Notes: a model not told the origin generated them from the letters alone. A DNA stretch of 64,000 bases from Kiritimatiellia bacterium (GCA_050949565.1 JBMNFY010000010.1:256001-320000), one strand, 5' to 3'. Numbered from the stretch's first letter, positions 8,261 through 19,790 are shown. Numbers and translations: made by a program.

Positions 8261-11200
8261 TTAAGGAAGCAGCAGTCTAACAGGGCCGAGCAGGCCGGAG
8301 GGTTCTTGCGCGGTCGGCTTGCGGTAACGGGTCGGGATGGTTTGGTAGTGGTTATTGAGGGTGTTGTAGACCGTGATAGCCAACTGGTTGTCGCCGGCTT
8401 TCACGCGACCGGTGAGGTCCACCCGCCACGGCGGACAGACCAGCACGCGTACGGGTTCGCCGTTGACGGCGACTTCGCAGGTGGCGCCGACGCCGCCGAG
8501 ATCAAGCACGACGGGGCCTTTTGTATCACTCTGCGTGAGCGTTACCTGCCGCGCATAGACCGCGCCGCCGGAATAGCAGCTCAGCGCATCGACACGCGCC
8601 CAGTCACCAGCCGTCATTTTTCCGGTACCGCATGTCAACCGCACTGGTTCAGGGAAGGCCGCGCCGCCGGTGTAGCCGGGCGCGTGCTTGACGGCAAGGC
8701 GCACGACGACAGGCCGGGGATTGGGGGACTGGGCCGTTTGTCCGCTGGGCGTCACGCGGTATACGCGCACGCTGTTGAGGTCGCGGAGCAATGTGATGAT
8801 GGCTTCTTGATCGTCAAAGGTTGCGGCGAGCAGATCGCCGTGCAGCGTCACTTCAGCGGCAGCGAGCGCGGGTGGCGCTTGGAAGGAGTAGGTGGCTTGC
8901 GTCAAACCGCCGTCAAAGCAGTCGAAGGGCAAGACCGCCGAGTCGCCGAACCAGCGCATGGCCAGCGGATGAGCAGAGTGGTCGGTGTCGATGTCCGCGC
9001 GGTACAGAACGAGCGCCGCACGCCCGAAGGCATCGTAACGCACCAGTAGCGGTGTGCGTCCGGCACGCAATGCCACGGTGTCGCCCGGGGCATGCCGCAC
9101 GCCTCCGAGCCAGACAGCGCTCGGCGCGACGCCGCTGGATACGATCTCCGCGCGGCAAGGTTCGGCGGCGAAGACAGTGGTCTGATACACACGCGTTTCC
9201 GGTACGGCGTCGTCCGGCATTTTCACGTCGTAAAGATTGCGGTCGTAATTGCCGAGTACAAAAAACTCATCGCCGACTTTGCGGTTGAGTCCATGATGCC
9301 AGTTCTGATAAGCGGGGTGGTTCTCGACGCCTTCGCGCCATGAGAAACAGAACGGCTTCCATGTGTAGGCGCGGCCGTTCACGGTGACGGTTGTGCCGGG
9401 CGCAAGTGATGTGGCGGAGGCCAGTGCCTGCACCAGCGCGTCGGTCTCCGCTCCGGGCGGGAGTGGCCCGAAGGCGCGGAATTGCGGACCGTGCGAGTAG
9501 GTCATGCGCGACGGCATGCCGGGAACATCCCAAGTAAGATGTCGCGCTTCAGCGCCGATCAAACCGTCGAAGGCCGGCAAGCGGAAATCGCCCCATCGGT
9601 TATCACAGGTGGGGATGAGCGTGAAGTCCCATTCGCCATCGAGCGCAAGCGTACGGGAGGTTTGCGGCGCGGGCGGGACGGCAACGGGCGGAGGCGGTGC
9701 GTCGGTGAAGGCCAGCAGCAGTGGCGAGCCGTCGGCGTCGAGATGCACGGAGGTCGTGCCGTTTGTGTGGGCGATGGCACCGGCGATGGGGGTTTGTTCG
9801 CCGGTCCACGCATTCCAGCGCTCGGGGGTGCCGTGCGCGCGGAACGTACAGACGGCGGGTTCGCGCAGGTCCATGATGAAGTAGACATCGATACGGCCGA
9901 TGCGGCGGTGCAGGGCTTTTGCTCCGGCGGGTCCGCTGAAATCGGGGGTGCCGATCAGGGCGCGGATGGCGTGCGCCGCAGCGGGTTGCGGTGCGGGCGG
10001 CTCACCTTGGTGTACCGCGTGTACATTGGAAGGATCGGGCGGTTCGAGCCCGTCCAGATCGCGGCTGGCGAGCCACTCGGTCGACGCGCGGCCGGGACGC
10101 ACGTGGAACTGCTCCGCCGAGAAACAGGTTGCACCGTCACGGACCAGCGCGAAAAAGAGGCCAGCGGTTTTGTTGCCGGTTTCTCCGGGGCCGTCGCTGA
10201 CTGCGGCGGCGAGCACGTCGCCGGGCGCGAGCGACACCGTGCCGGTCCACGGTTCGCGGTAGCTGGACCATGTGGCCAGCGTGCGGCCGTTGAGATAGAG
10301 CGTGCCGCTATTGTCGCACAGCATCGCCGCTTGATACTCGCCTGCCGCACCGTTCCAGACATGCTTGAAAACCGCCTGCGGCGTGGGCTTGCGCGTCCAG
10401 ACCCAACGTCCGGTAAAGTGTTTGGCGTAGGTGCGTGGGGGGCGGGCGTCCGGTGCGGCGGGCGGGGTCCAGTGAAGGGCGCCGGAGTCCGGGGCGAACA
10501 GCCGCTTGACGAGGGCGGCGGTTTGCGGGTCGTCGTTGCCCGCGCGGTCAGTGGCTTCGGGAAGTTCCCCGAGCGCGATCACGCGTCCGCCAGCCTGCTG
10601 GAAGGCCAACGCCTTCTCAAGGGATGCGTGGCGGATCGCGAACATGCCGGGCAGCACCAGCGCACGGTAGGCTTCACCGGCTACGCAGAGACGTGCGTGT
10701 GTATCTGGACGGAGGCGTGTGCGTGACTCGCCCGGCGGCACAATCTCAGCGCGCGCAAGCGATTCGGCATCGATGAAGTCAAAGTCGATCTGCTGTGCGA
10801 TCAGATCGGCGGCCAGGGCATAGGCGCAGGACTGCGCCGCTTTACCGCGTGCCGGATCGACCACCAAGGGCTCGTGCGGCTGGATGATCGCGACATCCGC
10901 GACGTGATCGCCTTGACTGAGCAGGTAGCTGAGGCGCTCGAAGTATTTGAAGAACACCGGCATGTGACGCCAGTAGGGCATACGGAAGTGGTAACAGGGC
11001 GGTGCCCACTCCCACCAGCCGCCGAAGGTGGTGTAGTAAAGTCCGTGCAGGTTGAGCAGTGTGGTGCCGTAGAGGAAGTTGCGGTTGCTCGAATCGAAAA
11101 GCACGGTCGGCGATGCCTGCCAGCCGAGACTGTGGTAGCCCTCGACCCACACGCGTGGCCGTTCGTAGAGGTGGGCAATTGATGAGCCGACCTTGTTCTT

Positions 11201-12373
11201 GATCAGGTCGGCGCTAGAGCCGGGCGTGTCGAACCCCGGCGCGGTGTACCAGCGCATGGCGCGCATGTAGTCGCCGAACTCCATCGGGTCGCGACCGCGC
11301 GAGGCCGGGTCACATGCGTAGATCATGCCGCGGCTGTTATGCCACTCGAAGATCGGTTTGAAGTAGTAGGTTTCGCTGAGCGACACCATGACGTCGTTCA
11401 CATCCAAACGCACCTTGGGCGTTTCCGGTCCAAGGTCCGTGAAGAGCGCGGCGAGAACGGGACGCACGTCGTACCCTTTGCGTTGCTGAAACTCGGCGGC
11501 GAACGTATCGCTCCAGAGGTGCTTGTCGCCGGCAAGGCGCAGTTCGTCCTGAAAAAAGTAGTTCAACGCGCTGCGGGCCTCGGGCGGTGTGCGTGCCAGA
11601 AAGGGGTTGAAGAAGCGCTCGATCACACGCTGGCCCGATAGCGGATTGAGCGGGTCCAGTGTGTCGGGGCGGCGTTCGGCGAGAACCGCGAGGAGACGCC
11701 ACGCGCCTTTCGGCAGGGGCCAGGAGGTGGCGCGTGGATCGAGCGAACGCTTGTCGGCGGGAAACGGACGGCCATCGCGCAGCGGCAGGGCCGTGACGGA
11801 GATCGCGGCGGCTTCGTGCGGCAAGGGGGTGAGTGGTTGCGCGTCGTCCGCTGTGTGGATGTCGCGTGTCCGTAGGGTTAAGCCATGCGCGTGTAGATCG
11901 TCGGTCGTGATGCCGAGCTGACGGAAAAGGTTGTCGCGTCCGGGCCAATCCAAGGTATACCCGCTCATCCCGATACCCATGCCGCGCTTGGCCGATTCAA
12001 CAGCCATGAAGGCAAAGATATCCCACCATTCATCCGAAAAGATCGGTGGCTCGACCTTCTCTGTACGCCAGCCGTCTGATCGTGTGTGTGAGTAATTGAT
12101 CTGGGCACCCGAGACACCGGCCTTGTGTAGTTCGTCAAGTTGCCAGAGCAATCGTTCGCGGTTCAGAGGCTCGCCCGTCCACCACCAGAACGGCACCTGT
12201 CCGTAGCCCGGTGGCGGCGTTGTGAAAGCGCGTCGGAGTTCGGCTGGCGTTACATCGCGCTGAGGAAAGCCGGGAGCTTGTGCGGCATGTGACAGTGCTG
12301 GCAACATCAGCAAAAAAGTCGCAAGGACAATCGTCAGAGCCGCTAGAATTTGGTGCCATTGTTTAATCTGCAT
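8261..12373 (-). CDS. Large secreted glycoside hydrolase, GH106 alpha-L-rhamnosidase-like
   Basis: VPFWWWTG, YFFQDE, GWWEWAPPCYHFR; C-terminal LDLGGV..EVAVNG..SGLLGPVRL. Confidence 0.82.
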   Translation of the reverse strand: MQIKQWHQILAALTIVLATFLLMLPALSHAAQAPGFPQRDVTPAELRRAFTTPPPGYGQVPFWWWTGEPLNRERLLWQLDELHKAGVSGAQINYSHTRSDGWRTEKVEPPIFSDEWWDIFAFMAVESAKRGMGIGMSGYTLDWPGRDNLFRQLGITTDDLHAHGLTLRTRDIHTADDAQPLTPLPHEAAAISVTALPLRDGRPFPADKRSLDPRATSWPLPKGAWRLLAVLAERRPDTLDPLNPLSGQRVIERFFNPFLARTPPEARSALNYFFQDELRLAGDKHLWSDTFAAEFQQRKGYDVRPVLAALFTDLGPETPKVRLDVNDVMVSLSETYYFKPIFEWHNSRGMIYACDPASRGRDPMEFGDYMRAMRWYTAPGFDTPGSSADLIKNKVGSSIAHLYERPRVWVEGYHSLGWQASPTVLFDSSNRNFLYGTTLLNLHGLYYTTFGGWWEWAPPCYHFRMPYWRHMPVFFKYFERLSYLLSQGDHVADVAIIQPHEPLVVDPARGKAAQSCAYALAADLIAQQIDFDFIDAESLARAEIVPPGESRTRLRPDTHARLCVAGEAYRALVLPGMFAIRHASLEKALAFQQAGGRVIALGELPEATDRAGNDDPQTAALVKRLFAPDSGALHWTPPAAPDARPPRTYAKHFTGRWVWTRKPTPQAVFKHVWNGAAGEYQAAMLCDNSGTLYLNGRTLATWSSYREPWTGTVSLAPGDVLAAAVSDGPGETGNKTAGLFFALVRDGATCFSAEQFHVRPGRASTEWLASRDLDGLEPPDPSNVHAVHQGEPPAPQPAAAHAIRALIGTPDFSGPAGAKALHRRIGRIDVYFIMDLREPAVCTFRAHGTPERWNAWTGEQTPIAGAIAHTNGTTSVHLDADGSPLLLAFTDAPPPPVAVPPAPQTSRTLALDGEWDFTLIPTCDNRWGDFRLPAFDGLIGAEARHLTWDVPGMPSRMTYSHGPQFRAFGPLPPGAETDALVQALASATSLAPGTTVTVNGRAYTWKPFCFSWREGVENHPAYQNWHHGLNRKVGDEFFVLGNYDRNLYDVKMPDDAVPETRVYQTTVFAAEPCRAEIVSSGVAPSAVWLGGVRHAPGDTVALRAGRTPLLVRYDAFGRAALVLYRADIDTDHSAHPLAMRWFGDSAVLPFDCFDGGLTQATYSFQAPPALAAAEVTLHGDLLAATFDDQEAIITLLRDLNSVRVYRVTPSGQTAQSPNPRPVVVRLAVKHAPGYTGGAAFPEPVRLTCGTGKMTAGDWARVDALSCYSGGAVYARQVTLTQSDTKGPVVLDLGGVGATCEVAVNGEPVRVLVCPPWRVDLTGRVKAGDNQLAITVYNTLNNHYQTIPTRYRKPTAQEPSGLLGPVRLLLP

Positions 12374-12558
12374 CTCCCGTTCCTCATATCGGTTCCGTTA
12401 AGCGTGCCTAGCGTACAAACTTCTGTTGCGAATGGTCCAGCGTAATGTCAATCCCTCAACTTGTGCTTGTCCGCGCCTTGGTATTGTGTGAAAATCAGAA
12501 CCCAGTCATATCGTGTGATGGCGTACGGCGCGTCACATTGTTAATGGAGGTCTGAACG

Positions 12559-14781
12559 ATGCGAGGATGGATGAAGCTGTGGGTATGCGGAATGGCGGCG
12601 TCGGTGGCTGTCGGCGCGATGGCGTTGACGCCGGACGCGATGATGTGCGAGCTGCTGGCCAAGCCGGGGCTGGTGGCGGTCACCGATCCGACACCGGAGT
12701 TCTCTTGGGGATTCAAAGACGCGCGCCCCGGTGATTTTCAAAGCGCGTACCAGATTCAGGTGGCGTCGGGAACCACGTTTTTCAAGACCGATCAACCGGA
12801 TCTCTGGGACTCGGGTAAGGTCGCTTCGAGTCAGTCGCTTTACATCACCTACGCGGGCAAGGCGTTGCCTACCGACGCTGAGGTGTGCTGGCGGGTACGC
12901 GTGTGGGACAGCCGTGGCAAGGAGGGGCCTTGGTCGCACACCTACTCCTTTAAAACCGCGCCAGTATTGAATGGGGATTCGGCATTGCAGTATCCGCTCG
13001 CGCAAGAGCGGGTGAGGCCGGTCCGTGTGACCACTAACGCGCAGGGACGCGTGCTGGTCGATTTCGGGCGGGCGGCCTTCGGCTGGGTCGAACTGGTGCC
13101 GCCGCGCGATATGCCGCGAGGCGGTCCTTTTACGCTGCATCTCGGAGAAAAGCTGAAGGGCGACGGCGTGGACGCCAAACCGGGCGGGACGATCCGCTAT
13201 GCGAAGGTGAATGGGGCGTTGACCAGTCCGAATGTCTACCGCGTGCCGTTGATCGCCGACAAACGCAACACGAGCGGTGGCAAAGAGGGTGCGGCGATTT
13301 TGCTGCCGCCTGAGTTCGGTGTGGTGATGCCGTTCCGCTATGTCGAGATCGAGGAGTGCCCGTACACGGTGACAGCCGACACAATCCGCCAGATCGCGGT
13401 GTTCTATCCGTTCGACATGGAGGCGGCCCGTTTTGTTTCGAGCGATGACGTGCTCGACCGCGTGTTCGATTTCTGCAAGTACAGCATCAAGGCCACGAGT
13501 TTCACGGGCGTGTATATAGACGGCGACCGTGAGCGCATTCCGTATGAAGCCGATGCCTATATCAATCAGCTTTGCCACTACTGCACCGACCGCGAATTCA
13601 CGATGGCGCGCTACAGCCACGAGTACCTGATGGCGCATCCGACGTGGCCGACTGAATGGAAGCAGCACTCAGTGATGATGGCGTGGGCGGATTGGATGTA
13701 CACCGGCAACACGGAGTCGTTGGAGCGTATGTATGACGGTCTCAAAGCCAAAAAGACGCTGGAGTTCTGCGCGCGCGAAAGCGATGGTCTACTGGTGACC
13801 GGCGGCCCCTCCGCGCCGATGGAAAGCGGGCTGCGCGACATCACGGACTGGCCGGTCGGCGAGCGCGACGGGTTTGTGTTCAAGCCGGTCAATGCGGTGG
13901 TCAACGCCTTCTACTGTCTGAACCTGCGTCAGATGGCGGAGATGGCCGCGGCGCTGGATAAGACGGCGGATGCCGAGGCGTACCGAGCGAAATACGAACG
14001 GACCGTCAAGGCGTTCAACGCGCTCTTCTTCAATGCCGAGCGTGGCTGCTACGTGGATGGCGAAGGCGCTACCCACGCTTCGCTGCACGCCAACATGCTG
14101 CCCTTGGCGTTCGGCTTGGTTCCAGAGGCTGAACGCGGGCGGGTGGCGCGCTTCGTCGTTTCGCGCGGCATGGCGTGCAGCGTGTACGGCGCGCAGTATC
14201 TGCTCGAGGCGCTCTTCGAGGCTGATCAGGATGACACGGCGATTCACCTGATGACGCGCGATGAGCCTCGTAGTTGGGTCAATATGATGAAGGCCGGTTC
14301 GACCATCACGCTCGAGGCCTGGGACATCATGTACAAGCCGAATCTGGACTGGAACCACGCTTGGGGCGCGGTGCCCGTAAATATCATTCCGCGTTACGTG
14401 ATGGGGGTGCGGCCTTTGGAGGCCGGGTTCGGTAAGATACTGATCCGCCCGCAGGTCGGCTCGCTGGAGGCGATCGAGGGCTATGTGCCGACCGTACGGG
14501 GCACCGTGCGGGTGGGCGTGCGCCAAAAGCCGGGGACACAGTACTCCGTTACGCTGGAGGTACCTGTCAATACGACCGCCCGCGTCGAATTGCCGTGGTG
14601 TGAAGGCGCGACGCTCCGGATGAATGGCAAGAAGGTGAAGGCAGCACAGGTGGAAGGCGGACGCTTTGTGGTGGATGACGTGGCTTCAGGGCAGCATACG
14701 CTGGAGTGGCGGTGCAAGGAGAATACGGCATGCGGCTTGAGTTTCGGCAAGCGGCTCCGGAGGATCTTCCGCGGTGGCTGA
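12559..14781 (+). CDS. GH78 family alpha-L-rhamnosidase
   Basis: AYQIQVAS..LWDSGKV N-domain, YIDGDRERIPYEADAYINQL, TLEAW, DWNHAWGAVP. Confidence 0.9.
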   Translation: MRGWMKLWVCGMAASVAVGAMALTPDAMMCELLAKPGLVAVTDPTPEFSWGFKDARPGDFQSAYQIQVASGTTFFKTDQPDLWDSGKVASSQSLYITYAGKALPTDAEVCWRVRVWDSRGKEGPWSHTYSFKTAPVLNGDSALQYPLAQERVRPVRVTTNAQGRVLVDFGRAAFGWVELVPPRDMPRGGPFTLHLGEKLKGDGVDAKPGGTIRYAKVNGALTSPNVYRVPLIADKRNTSGGKEGAAILLPPEFGVVMPFRYVEIEECPYTVTADTIRQIAVFYPFDMEAARFVSSDDVLDRVFDFCKYSIKATSFTGVYIDGDRERIPYEADAYINQLCHYCTDREFTMARYSHEYLMAHPTWPTEWKQHSVMMAWADWMYTGNTESLERMYDGLKAKKTLEFCARESDGLLVTGGPSAPMESGLRDITDWPVGERDGFVFKPVNAVVNAFYCLNLRQMAEMAAALDKTADAEAYRAKYERTVKAFNALFFNAERGCYVDGEGATHASLHANMLPLAFGLVPEAERGRVARFVVSRGMACSVYGAQYLLEALFEADQDDTAIHLMTRDEPRSWVNMMKAGSTITLEAWDIMYKPNLDWNHAWGAVPVNIIPRYVMGVRPLEAGFGKILIRPQVGSLEAIEGYVPTVRGTVRVGVRQKPGTQYSVTLEVPVNTTARVELPWCEGATLRMNGKKVKAAQVEGGRFVVDDVASGQHTLEWRCKENTACGLSFGKRLRRIFRGG

Positions 14782-15140
14782 CGTTCCTGGGGGCCGTCCT
14801 GCTGATTGCGCTGGGCGTGATCGCGCTGGATGCCGCCGGGGTGCAAATTTGCCTCTTTCGCCGCTGGACCGGTCTGCCCTGCCTGACCTGTGGTGGCACG
14901 CGCGCGTTTGCAGCACTCGCGACCGGTGATGTGATCGGCGCATTTCGTCAGCAACCGCTTGTAAGCGCGCTGCTGACGGTGGGGGCGGCCGCTGGTGCCA
15001 TCCACGGCCTGCTGCTACTCTGCGGCAGATGCCTAACACTAAAGACATCTGAGCGCGAACGCAGAGCATTGTTGTTGGTTGTCGTTGTTCTAGCGGTAGC
15101 CAACTGGCTGTACCTGCTATGGCGATGGCGCAGCGCATGA
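14730..15140 (+). CDS. DUF2752 membrane protein
   Basis: CLFRRWTGLPCLTCGGTRAF motif, hydrophobic segments; start codon uncertain (14706 or 14730). Confidence 0.85.
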   Translation: MRLEFRQAAPEDLPRWLTFLGAVLLIALGVIALDAAGVQICLFRRWTGLPCLTCGGTRAFAALATGDVIGAFRQQPLVSALLTVGAAAGAIHGLLLLCGRCLTLKTSERERRALLLVVVVLAVANWLYLLWRWRSA

Positions 15141-15333
15141 GCCCGCTGTTCCGAAAAAGGGCAGGCGGAGTTTGAATTTAGGATACGAAGGTTTTTTGGG
15201 GAGGGCATGGCTCGGTTTTTTTGAACCGTCAAGACGCCAGGAACGCCAAGATTTTTTGGGGGCAGGGCTGGCTGCAAGTCGCACGTCGCGGGTCGCTAGT
15301 CAACCTCTCTTATTGCGACCACGCAGGGGCACT

Positions 15334-16281
15334 TCAATCCCACATGTAACGCTCGTCATCAGAGCTTTGACGTTGGCAGAACGGACGGACATCCGCGATG
15401 TCGTCGGCATCGCAGGCCAGCATGACCAGCCGGTCGATGCCGAGCGCGATGCCGCCGCAGGGCGGCATGCCGCGTTCGAGCGCGTTCAAAAAGGGCTCGT
15501 CCAGCGGATAGGCCTCTTTGCCCAACGCTTGGCGTTCGCGCGCGGCCTCTTCGAAGCGCGCGCGTTGCGCGGCGGCGTCGCACAACTCGCTGTAAGCATT
15601 CGCGATTTCAAGCCCGCCGATATAAACCTCCCAGCGTTCCGCGACGCTGGCATCGCCCGGCTTCAGCCGCGCGAGTGAAGCTGCTGGCGCCGGGTAGTCG
15701 ATCAGCACGCACGGCGTTGCGCGCGGCAGAGCGGGCTCGATGCGTGTGACCATGTCCATGTCGAAACGGTCCGCGTCCCACTGTGCGGCCGGATCCCATC
15801 CGGCCCAGCGGCGATACGCGTCGCGCACCGTCAGGCGCGGCCACGGGCCGGCCAGTTGGATGGCCGTGCCGCCGTAGGACAGCGTTGTCGTCCCGAAAAG
15901 ATCTGTGGAGACGGCGCAGACCAGCGCTTCGGTATCGGCGAGGATGTCGAGATAGTCGGCGTCCGTGCGGTACCACTCCAGCATCGTGAACTCCGGGTTG
16001 TGTCTGCGGCCGCACTCGCCGCTGCGGAAACAGGGGCCGATCTGGTAGATTCGTTCACAGCCGTCGACGAGCAGCCTTTTCATGTGGAGTTCGGGCGAGG
16101 CGCGCAGCCAGGCGCGACCGGAGGGCGGCACGTCAATATGGGTCTCCTGCGCCGGGGCGGGAATGCGGACAGGCGTTTCAACTTCGATAAATCCACGGGC
16201 ATCGAAAAAATCACGGATGGCCCGCAGGATTTTGCTACGGCGTTCGAGCATGAGTCGTTGCACAGGCGCTCCTCGGCTCAA
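15334..16281 (-). CDS. epmA: EF-P lysine aminoacylase (EpmA/GenX/PoxA)
   Basis: Class II aaRS catalytic domain only: LRASPELHMKRLL, HNPEFTMLEWYR, EIANAYSEL, GIALGIDRL. Confidence 0.92.
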   Translation of the reverse strand: MSRGAPVQRLMLERRSKILRAIRDFFDARGFIEVETPVRIPAPAQETHIDVPPSGRAWLRASPELHMKRLLVDGCERIYQIGPCFRSGECGRRHNPEFTMLEWYRTDADYLDILADTEALVCAVSTDLFGTTTLSYGGTAIQLAGPWPRLTVRDAYRRWAGWDPAAQWDADRFDMDMVTRIEPALPRATPCVLIDYPAPAASLARLKPGDASVAERWEVYIGGLEIANAYSELCDAAAQRARFEEAARERQALGKEAYPLDEPFLNALERGMPPCGGIALGIDRLVMLACDADDIADVRPFCQRQSSDDERYMWD

Positions 16282-16529
16282 TACATTTTTTCGTACTCGC
16301 CCTTGCCCAGCCGTTTCAGTTTCGTGAAGCCGGCGGCTTTCGCGCGGTCATCGAGTTTAGATTTGGAGCGTCCGATAGCCGGCGCGGTGATGACGCGCCG
16401 CACAGGCGCTCCGCAATCCGGGCACGCGGTCAGGCGCGGATCGTGGATCGACTGAACATACTCAAAGCCATTGGCGCACCGGGGACATTGTTGCTTGGGG
16501 CTTGTTGCCTCATAGTCGTAAACAGGCAT
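16278..16529 (-). CDS. FmdB family zinc-ribbon protein
   Basis: MPVYDY..CPRC..CPDCG..VRRVIT. Confidence 0.88.
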   Translation of the reverse strand: MPVYDYEATSPKQQCPRCANGFEYVQSIHDPRLTACPDCGAPVRRVITAPAIGRSKSKLDDRAKAAGFTKLKRLGKGEYEKMY

Positions 16530-16742
16530 AGTTGCTCTCACTTGATTTCTGGGTCATATCCGTATGCGCACAAGCATAGCACAACACATCGTCATATCGG
16601 TATCGAAATCGACTGTCTCGTGTAATCGATAGTGACAGGGGTGTGCGAAGGTCATGCGTTTCGGATGAAAAAGTTACTCAATTCCTAACCATGAAACACA
16701 TGTCGCAAAAGAGGTCGGGGTCTCTTACGTGTAGCATGGCGA

Positions 16743-19123
16743 TCAAACGTGAGAGGTAACAGATTGTAGCCATGTAAAGAAACAAGTTACCTTGACCCTA
16801 ATCCCTGACCTACATGCGCATTTATCCTCTGCAATAGCGGCTCGAGCCGCACCTACGGCCCGGTCATAGGCCATTTGTATCCTATCTGCAGTATACAATA
16901 ATTTCATTTCTTCCATTGAGCGATCATAGTCGGCGATACCGCCATCAGTAAGCACCCATCCATCCTCATCTCGGATCAATACATACCAGAGGTCATTACA
17001 GGCAACAACCGTTGCTGCCGCATTCTTCCCCAGGCGTATATCTGCAGGGACTTGACTTTTTTCCCTGACTTCCGGCGGAATCAAGCCGCCATATTTTTTT
17101 ATTGTCTTATCAGAAAAACCGTGTCCGGCGAGCACCTCATATGTGCAGTCCGGCACGTTATAGGTTTTTAACCCCAATTTATCTGTTTTGCGCAAAGGAT
17201 CGTTCTGCACAAACCAATATAAGTTTAATCCCCCATTTTCGTGGATAGGATCCCGTCTCATCCATCGCCCGAGACCGGGCGCGTATGGCCGGAAGTTGGT
17301 ACATCACGAGGCTGGTTTCGGCATCGAACGGCTTGGTGCTGAAACGGTGTGTGAAGGTGTCCGCGAGGTCACCAGACTGGGCGGCTATCTCGCCGAAGGG
17401 CGAGTATTCGTAATGTGCGCGGATGTTGCCGTAAACGTCAACATAAGCGGTAACGTTTCCGTTCGCATCGTAGCAGGGGAAAAACGTGCCGTCGGAGCGG
17501 ATGACCGCCAGCAATCCGCCGACGCCGCCCGCGCCTTGCAATGTGCCGGACACGTCCGGCCCCCAGAGGTAGCGGGTCACGTTCGTGGTTCCGGACTGCG
17601 CGTCAACAACTACCTCGGCGGTCTGGTTCCAGCCGTCGTAGATGAACGTGCGGGTTTCCATGACATCCCATGTCCCCGGCTGCGACGGGTCAAATGGGTA
17701 ACTCGCACCCCTGCCTGAAAGCCGTTTCTTGATTTTGGCGACGCGCAAATTCTTGTGGTTGTAGACGTACTCCAGCCTGATCGCGCCGTTGGTGGCGAAG
17801 CCGTACGGTTGGGAACGGACGAGCCTGTTCTCCGCATCCCACGTATGGTGCCAGTCCCCGAGGCGCGTCATGTTGCCGTCGGCGTCGTAGGTTGGATTAA
17901 CCACAGAGGACACAGAGGGCACAGAGATTTGGGTGTACTGGTTCAGTTCGTTGGCGAGGTGCTCTGTGGTCTTTGTGTTCTCTGTGGTTGCTATTCTGTT
18001 GCCGATGGCATCGTACGCGTAACCGTAGTCGTTCGTGCCGATGACCGCACTGATGACTTCAGAACGCGCGTTGTAACCGAAGCTGTCGGCGTTGCGCGAG
18101 ACGCGCCGTCCGGCGGCGTCGTTGGCGTAGTCGTAGGCAGAGATCAAGACAGGATTAACATGATTTCCCGCTTTGCGGGCGCATGGGTTTACATGATTAG
18201 AGACGGCGGAGATGAGGTTGCGGCGGGGTTCGTAGGTTTTGGTGACAGCCAGCGGGCCGGCGGTGTAACCGGAAACGAGGTCAGAGCCGGGGAGGCAGGA
18301 GTAGTTAACCACGGAACACACAGAACACACGGAAGAGGATACGCTGTGTAAGCGGCCGAAGGTGTCGTAGCCGTACGATACGGCGTGATCGCCGTCGAGG
18401 GCGAATCCCGTCTGTCGGCCGAATGCGTCGTAAGACCGCGTGATTGCAACGCCGTCCTGAATCTCACCGACAAGGTCAAGCCCTGCATACTCAAAGAGGT
18501 GTGATGACACCGCTGTTATGGCCGAGACCATGCGCCCGAGACGGTCATAGGCGAAGGAGATGTCGGGCGTGTTGCCGCTGTAATGGACATTGGTCAATTG
18601 TCCCAATGCGTCGTAGGCATAACTGGTTGTGACGCCACGCGACCACACGCGGGTTGCAAGACGCCCGCCTTCTGTGTAAGTGTAACGGACGCGCGCCCCG
18701 TCGGCGTAGACCTTGTTCGTGAGTAACCCGGTGGCGGCGTCGTAACACCATCGTGTTACGTCGAGGGAGGAGTTAGGATTTAGGATTGAGGAGTTGGTGA
18801 CCGACGCGAAATCGAACGTGTCGTCCCGCGTGGTGGCCATGGCGATTCTGCGGCCTCGTGTGTCGTAGGCATACGCCACCGGATAGGTCGCGCCCCATTG
18901 CGCGGTGACATTGCCCGCACGGTCGTACGCGGTGGAGACCGCATTGCCGAGCACGTCGGTCTGGGAGACGGCGCGGCCCTGGCTGTCGTAGCCGGTCGCG
19001 GTGACAGCCGTCAGGGTCCCGTATGTGGTTTCATTGGTCACGGCGCTACCAAGGGTATCGTAAACGACGGCGGTTGTCGAGACCGTCCCGGCGGCGTTCG
19101 TGACGGTGCGGGAGACGGCGCGC
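16743..19123 (-). pseudogene. Orphan Rhs core + CT cassette 6, frameshifted at ~17292; CT has His-Gly/Ala-Cys (caspase-like?) motifs
   Basis: YD repeats in ORF 17179..19041. One extra base relative to the paralog at ~20490 (MYQLRPYAPGLGRW) separates it from ORF 16743..17261 (DPIHENGGLNLY..NDPLRKTDKLG, LAGHG..VVAC). Confidence 0.85.
18031..18483. repeat. ~450-bp direct repeat between Rhs cores (copy at ~21233-21685; partial copy ~32817-33013)
   Basis: Essentially identical sequence by visual alignment. Confidence 0.85.
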
Positions 19124-19790
19124 CTTTAACACATAGACCAGATTTCAGTGTCTCTTGACAATCAATCTCGGCGAGCACCATATTGTGAATCTTGTCCGGT
19201 GCGAGAACGTACACTTTGCCCGTCGGTTTGTCGTCGTGTACGAAAATATGGTTAGGTGGGTATGCAGTATATAAGCCGACCACAAGCCCCAGTCCAGAGC
19301 GTTTTTTGCCCGTTGCATCCGAGTAACAAAGGGCTTTCAGATGCTCTGGGAATGGGTATACAAGCAACTGTTTGTCCTTTTTCACTATGCGGCACTCGTA
19401 TATTGTCCGAAATAATTCCAGTAACTCTCCCATTTTGATGAATTTTATATTCAGTTCGTCGCGGGGATACAGAACGCTCCATGTCGGTTCCGGTACCGAT
19501 AATGAGCGCTTCAACCGCATCTGGACATCGACAACCCATTTGGCAAGGACTAAATCGTTTGTCATATCGGAGGAAATCTCAATTCCCGGCAATACCGGAA
19601 CGAGCATTATTTTCTCCGTCAATCCCTCGGCGTGGATTAAATCGTTCAGATGTGCAATCCAGACAATCATTCCACCCTTGGGCAACGAAACAGCCTGTAG
19701 CATCCGACCCTCGAAGGATCTCTCAGGGGATGCTCCAGCCGTCAGAAACATGCCGCACACAACTGCGATCAGAACCAGCTTCATTTGCAT
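19038..19790 (-). CDS. Putative immunity protein (secreted; STN/secretin-N-like segment); C-terminus read out of frame from Rhs DNA
   Basis: Low GC, signal peptide, overlaps the toxin stop. The last ~28 codons lie on Rhs core sequence starting near 19123. Confidence 0.7.
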   Translation of the reverse strand: MQMKLVLIAVVCGMFLTAGASPERSFEGRMLQAVSLPKGGMIVWIAHLNDLIHAEGLTEKIMLVPVLPGIEISSDMTNDLVLAKWVVDVQMRLKRSLSVPEPTWSVLYPRDELNIKFIKMGELLELFRTIYECRIVKKDKQLLVYPFPEHLKALCYSDATGKKRSGLGLVVGLYTAYPPNHIFVHDDKPTGKVYVLAPDKIHNMVLAEIDCQETLKSGLCVKGAPSPAPSRTPPGRSRQPPSFTIPLVAP

